NCBI RefSeq assembly: GCF_041146345.1
Contig: NW_027191406.1
Location: forward strand, 1,178,001-1,242,000
DNA: 64,000 nt
Source: Neodothiora populina
Lineage: Eukaryota
Direction of reading: 5' to 3'
Below are positions 60,965-64,000 of this stretch, one piece after another. The notes under the pieces were generated by a model, which was given only the letters and a program-made list of their open reading frames with translations, did no database searches and was not told where the DNA came from. Made by a program: the position numbers and the translations under genes. How positions within the stretch are numbered: the first letter of the stretch is position 1; every line of letters starts with the position of its first letter.

Positions 60965-61069
60965 TGAACAGAGTGGGATTCGAACCCACGCCATTTCTGA
61001 CTAGCGTATTCAAGTCTTGATTGGAAGACCACCTTAAGCTAGCGCCTTAGACCGCTCGGCCATCTGTCC
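60965..61069 (-). tRNA. tRNA-Leu(AAG): tRNA-Leu(AAG) with 25-nt intron (61031-61007)
   Basis: Reverse complement GGACAGA-TGGCCGAGCGGTCTAAGGCG-CTAGC-TT-AAG-G...GCTAG, long variable arm, GTGGG-TTCGAAT-CCCAC, TCTGTTC-A. Confidence 0.93.
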
Positions 61070-61148
61070 TTGATGGAGAGAATGAGTATCTGACTGGTAT
61101 ATATTGCAAGAACTTTCCCATCAAGTGTTCAGAAGATCTATTAGCGGA

Positions 61149-62133
61149 GTAAGCTTAGCACTCCCTCTCTGGATCGGTTTCCAACTTGACGAGTACCTTC
61201 GTAGCAACCTTCCAATACTTTTCTACTCAAATCACTCATTGTATTGCAATCGAATCAATGTCACATCGATCTACCATGGATCAACGCGAGTTCATGATAC
61301 AAGCGGCTATTCAAGAGCTCCAAAACCACCCTGAAAAGTCAATTAAGGGTATTGCACGAGAGCATGGCATACCATACTCAACCCTTCATCGTCGACATAA
61401 TGGAGGTGTCAATCAACGCGTCAGTCACGAACAACTTACAAAGGCTTTCGCCCATTCAAGAGAGCTTTCTTGTCGACTGGATGTTAGAGCAAGATATGCA
61501 AGGTCACCCCCTTCTCCGAAGCGTGCTCGCGAAATGGCTCAACAAGTCCTTCGTATGAATGACGACAACGAACCTTTGGGTGTCAAATGGCTCTCTAAGT
61601 TCGTTCAGCGTAATCCAAGGGTTGCCTCTGTAATCGGACGTAAGATCGAGGCTTCGCGAGTTCATGGATACTTGCAAGAAGATACACGGCGTCTTTTACG
61701 CAGTATGCAGTTGCTCAAAAAGAGTCGAAAAATTAGCAAGGATGAGAGAGTTCTATTAGACAAGGCTGCTAAAGCGATCGTTCAGTTTGCTGCGCAAAAT
61801 GCATTTCTCGAACATCAATTAGGAATACAAACATTTCGACTACAAGAAGCAGCTTCTTCGTCGACATCAAGGAAACGAATGGTCATAGATCCGGATACTG
61901 GATTTGTAACCGTAGAACAAATCAAGAAGGCACGAATAGAACATGAGGCCTCAAACGCAGCGAAGCAACCTGAATTGCAAGCTAATAGGGCTGCAGAAGC
62001 CCTCATGAATGTATCTATGGAGGCATGCCTCCATGAATGGCAATTGAATTGATTAAACCTTGGATACTCCATTGAATCTACAAAGAGGTTGAATTCTTGC
62101 AAAAGCGATCAAAAGAGGGTGTGCCAAGCTTAC
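61149..62133 (+). mobile_element. Non-autonomous Fot1/pogo-type (Tc1-mariner superfamily) DNA transposon, internally deleted
   Basis: Imperfect TIRs 61149-61180 and 62102-62133 (27/32 matches by hand). The ORF encodes a psq-type HTH (SIKGIAREHGIPYSTLHRR) and a CENP-B-type HTH (LSPIQESFLVDWM...LGVKWLSKFVQRNP), then jumps to a C-terminal coiled region with no DDE core. Confidence 0.8.
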
Positions 62134-62968
62134 CAAAGAGTCATCTTTGTCTTCTAAACTGTTATATCTTAAGTCAGTAGCAGGGTGAGAGGATACGGTC
62201 GTAATTACAGTGGTCGATGAAAATGTATATAGTAGTGCTTACAGACTCCCGCCAGAACATGCTCAAGCTTGCATCTCTAACTGTAATATTCATTATCTGG
62301 ATCTGCTCTTGTTATGAAATATGCTGAAGTCTCACCCAATGTGGGAGCCACAGCGTCGCTATGCATACCTACTGTACGATCGAGATACTGTATGATCCCT
62401 TTGCTGCTAGGTTGCTTTGCTTACAAAACTTGGTCTGATTGATTTCTTTGTCGGCAGATATTACTAACATCTAGTCGAATCAACAATTTTCAAACTTTCA
62501 ATCTGTGGTGACTTGCTGCTCTACCCGTCGTAGCACTTTGGGGTTATCGTGACTATAAGATGTTCGAAGGAGCTCCGCATTCAGCTACCTTACCTTAAGC
62601 CAACGCTTTCGGTTGGTTGCTGTCTCATACACAAGTCTCATACACAGTCCGGTTTCGGGCTGGAATATCATGTAAGTCGTGCTGTAGAGGTGGGAGTATA
62701 TCCTGTTTGTGCCAAGTCAATCTAGTAAGTCCACGAACACTACAAGGGACTCTTGAGCAAGAGGGCCTATACCTCGATTTCTCCAATATCACTGAGAGGT
62801 ATGCTGTTTCCACCATTCGGCCCTCGACTGACAATCTCCTTCGCTTACAGTACCTCTCGACCTTGACACCCAAACTCCAAGAAACAAGAAAAAGAATACA
62901 AGGATTATATACCCCCAAATTGAGCGCAGAGCCTCAAGATCCACAACTCGAGATATGGACCAATCATC

Positions 62969-63073
62969 GGTTGTGTAGTGTAGCGGTAAGCACGTGGGAT
63001 TTTGATTGTACAAGACTGTCAAGTGTTGGTGATATGGATTCCCGAGTCCCCGGTTCGAACCCGGGCACGACCT
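62969..63073 (+). tRNA. tRNA-Gln(TTG): tRNA-Gln(TTG) with 33-nt intron (63006-63038)
   Basis: Acceptor GGTTGTG/CACGACC, anticodon stem TGGGA/TCCCG with TTG at 63002-63004, T arm CCCGG-TTCGAAC-CCGGG, T tract downstream. Confidence 0.92.
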
Positions 63074-63285
63074 TTTGTTTTGCTTTTCTTCTTGGCATCT
63101 CGTTTGTGGTAGGGGGAACGGTGAATTACCAGGAGATTATGGTAGAGGGAGGTGTGGAGGTGGGAAATTTGGTGCGGAGGAAGACTATGGCGTGCATTTT
63201 TTATAAGAGATGGAAGGGAAATATGATATTGGCCGTGAGCTCGTGGCAATTGTATCTGTGTGAATCATGTCGAGGCTGATGCGTC

Positions 63286-64000
63286 TCATTCGACGAGGAC
63301 TCCGCCTTTAATGGTTCTTCTGCCTCTGGCTCCATCATGAAGATAGACAGCTTCAGAGATACTCCTCCTTGTTCTCCACTCGACCTCCTCTTCCGCAAAG
63401 ACTACCAGATCTGCCTTGTCTCCGTGTGCGATGTTGAGGTGCAGAGGGAGCTTCGAATGAGCCTCCTTAGTGTCCAGCTCTGTTGCCTCGTAACTGGATG
63501 TATCCACCAGCCCAATGGCCGCTCGTGCGCGAGTGGATATGCACTCATACAACATTTCTGCATCACTAACTGTGCCAGCTTGATAGACGCCTACGCACAT
63601 ACTCGCAACAGACAATGGATCACAGCATCCCTGTGGGGTAAAAGCATTGCCCACGTTGTTTATACCTACCGCTGCATTGAGGCCAAGCTCCTTGATCATG
63701 CGTGGGATGGGCAGAGTTCCTCTTACTTGGTTTTCCGTCCTCATCATGAAGAGATCGCTCGTCGGCAGACCGACAAATGAGATTGGGAGATCAGCGATTT
63801 CATGCTTCAGTCTTTGCCATTCGGCGTCGGTGAACAGGCAGAGGCGTGTGCAGTGGCCTAGGACGATTGTCTTGTTTGTTTTGGATGTCCAGGCTTTGAA
63901 TTTCAGGGTTTCGATCACAAACCATATCAGTGGCTCGGTATCGGCGTCGAGATTGTAGTCGAGGTGGAAATCAATGTGTTTTTGAGTAGTTAGGGCGAGA
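63286..64000 (-). CDS. Metallo-dependent amidohydrolase, cytosine-deaminase-like (C-terminal part; 5' end outside the window)
   Basis: Open frame from the window edge: HIDFHLDYNLD, IVLGHCTRL, FVGLPTSDLFM, GINNVGNAFTPQG, ISTRARAAIG, GDKADLVVF. Confidence 0.82.
   Translation of the reverse strand, partial: LALTTQKHIDFHLDYNLDADTEPLIWFVIETLKFKAWTSKTNKTIVLGHCTRLCLFTDAEWQRLKHEIADLPISFVGLPTSDLFMMRTENQVRGTLPIPRMIKELGLNAAVGINNVGNAFTPQGCCDPLSVASMCVGVYQAGTVSDAEMLYECISTRARAAIGLVDTSSYEATELDTKEAHSKLPLHLNIAHGDKADLVVFAEEEVEWRTRRSISEAVYLHDGARGRRTIKGGVLVE

Noticed and set aside
1..64000. CRISPR arrays, rRNA genes, prokaryotic operons
   Set aside because: The sequence is intron-containing fungal DNA; no regularly spaced repeat-spacer array or rRNA sequence was seen.

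Overview
Eukaryotic nuclear DNA from a filamentous ascomycete (Pezizomycotina, probably Dothideomycetes; inferred from short GT-AG introns with CTRAC/CTAAT branch sites, intron-containing tRNAs and gene content). I rebuilt spliced models by hand. In order, the window holds: a long coiled-coil protein cut by the left edge; a DUF2433-type degenerate metallophosphoesterase with RRM-like/RGG tail; a hydroxyacid-oxoacid transhydrogenase; tRNA-Cys; a ~1249-aa modular secreted laccase (signal peptide, 2x hevein/CBM18, 2x PAN/Apple-like, Ser/Thr stalk, AA1 oxidase); a TBC Rab-GAP; a SET-domain protein; a GH28 endopolygalacturonase; an ABCG half-transporter; a Moco-sulfurase-like PLP enzyme with no MOSC domain; NCR1/NPC1; LSB5; a twice-frameshifted NRPS-like adenylation gene; a GH16 glucanase ending in the same Apple-like module; a single-pass membrane protein; a mitochondrial oxoglutarate/malate-type carrier; tRNA-Gly, -Leu and -Gln; an internally deleted Fot1/pogo transposon with TIRs; and an amidohydrolase cut by the right edge. 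The most unusual object is the chitin-binding/Apple-domain laccase, together with reuse of its Apple-like module on the GH16 about 40 kb away. All family assignments come from motif recognition; no database search was run.
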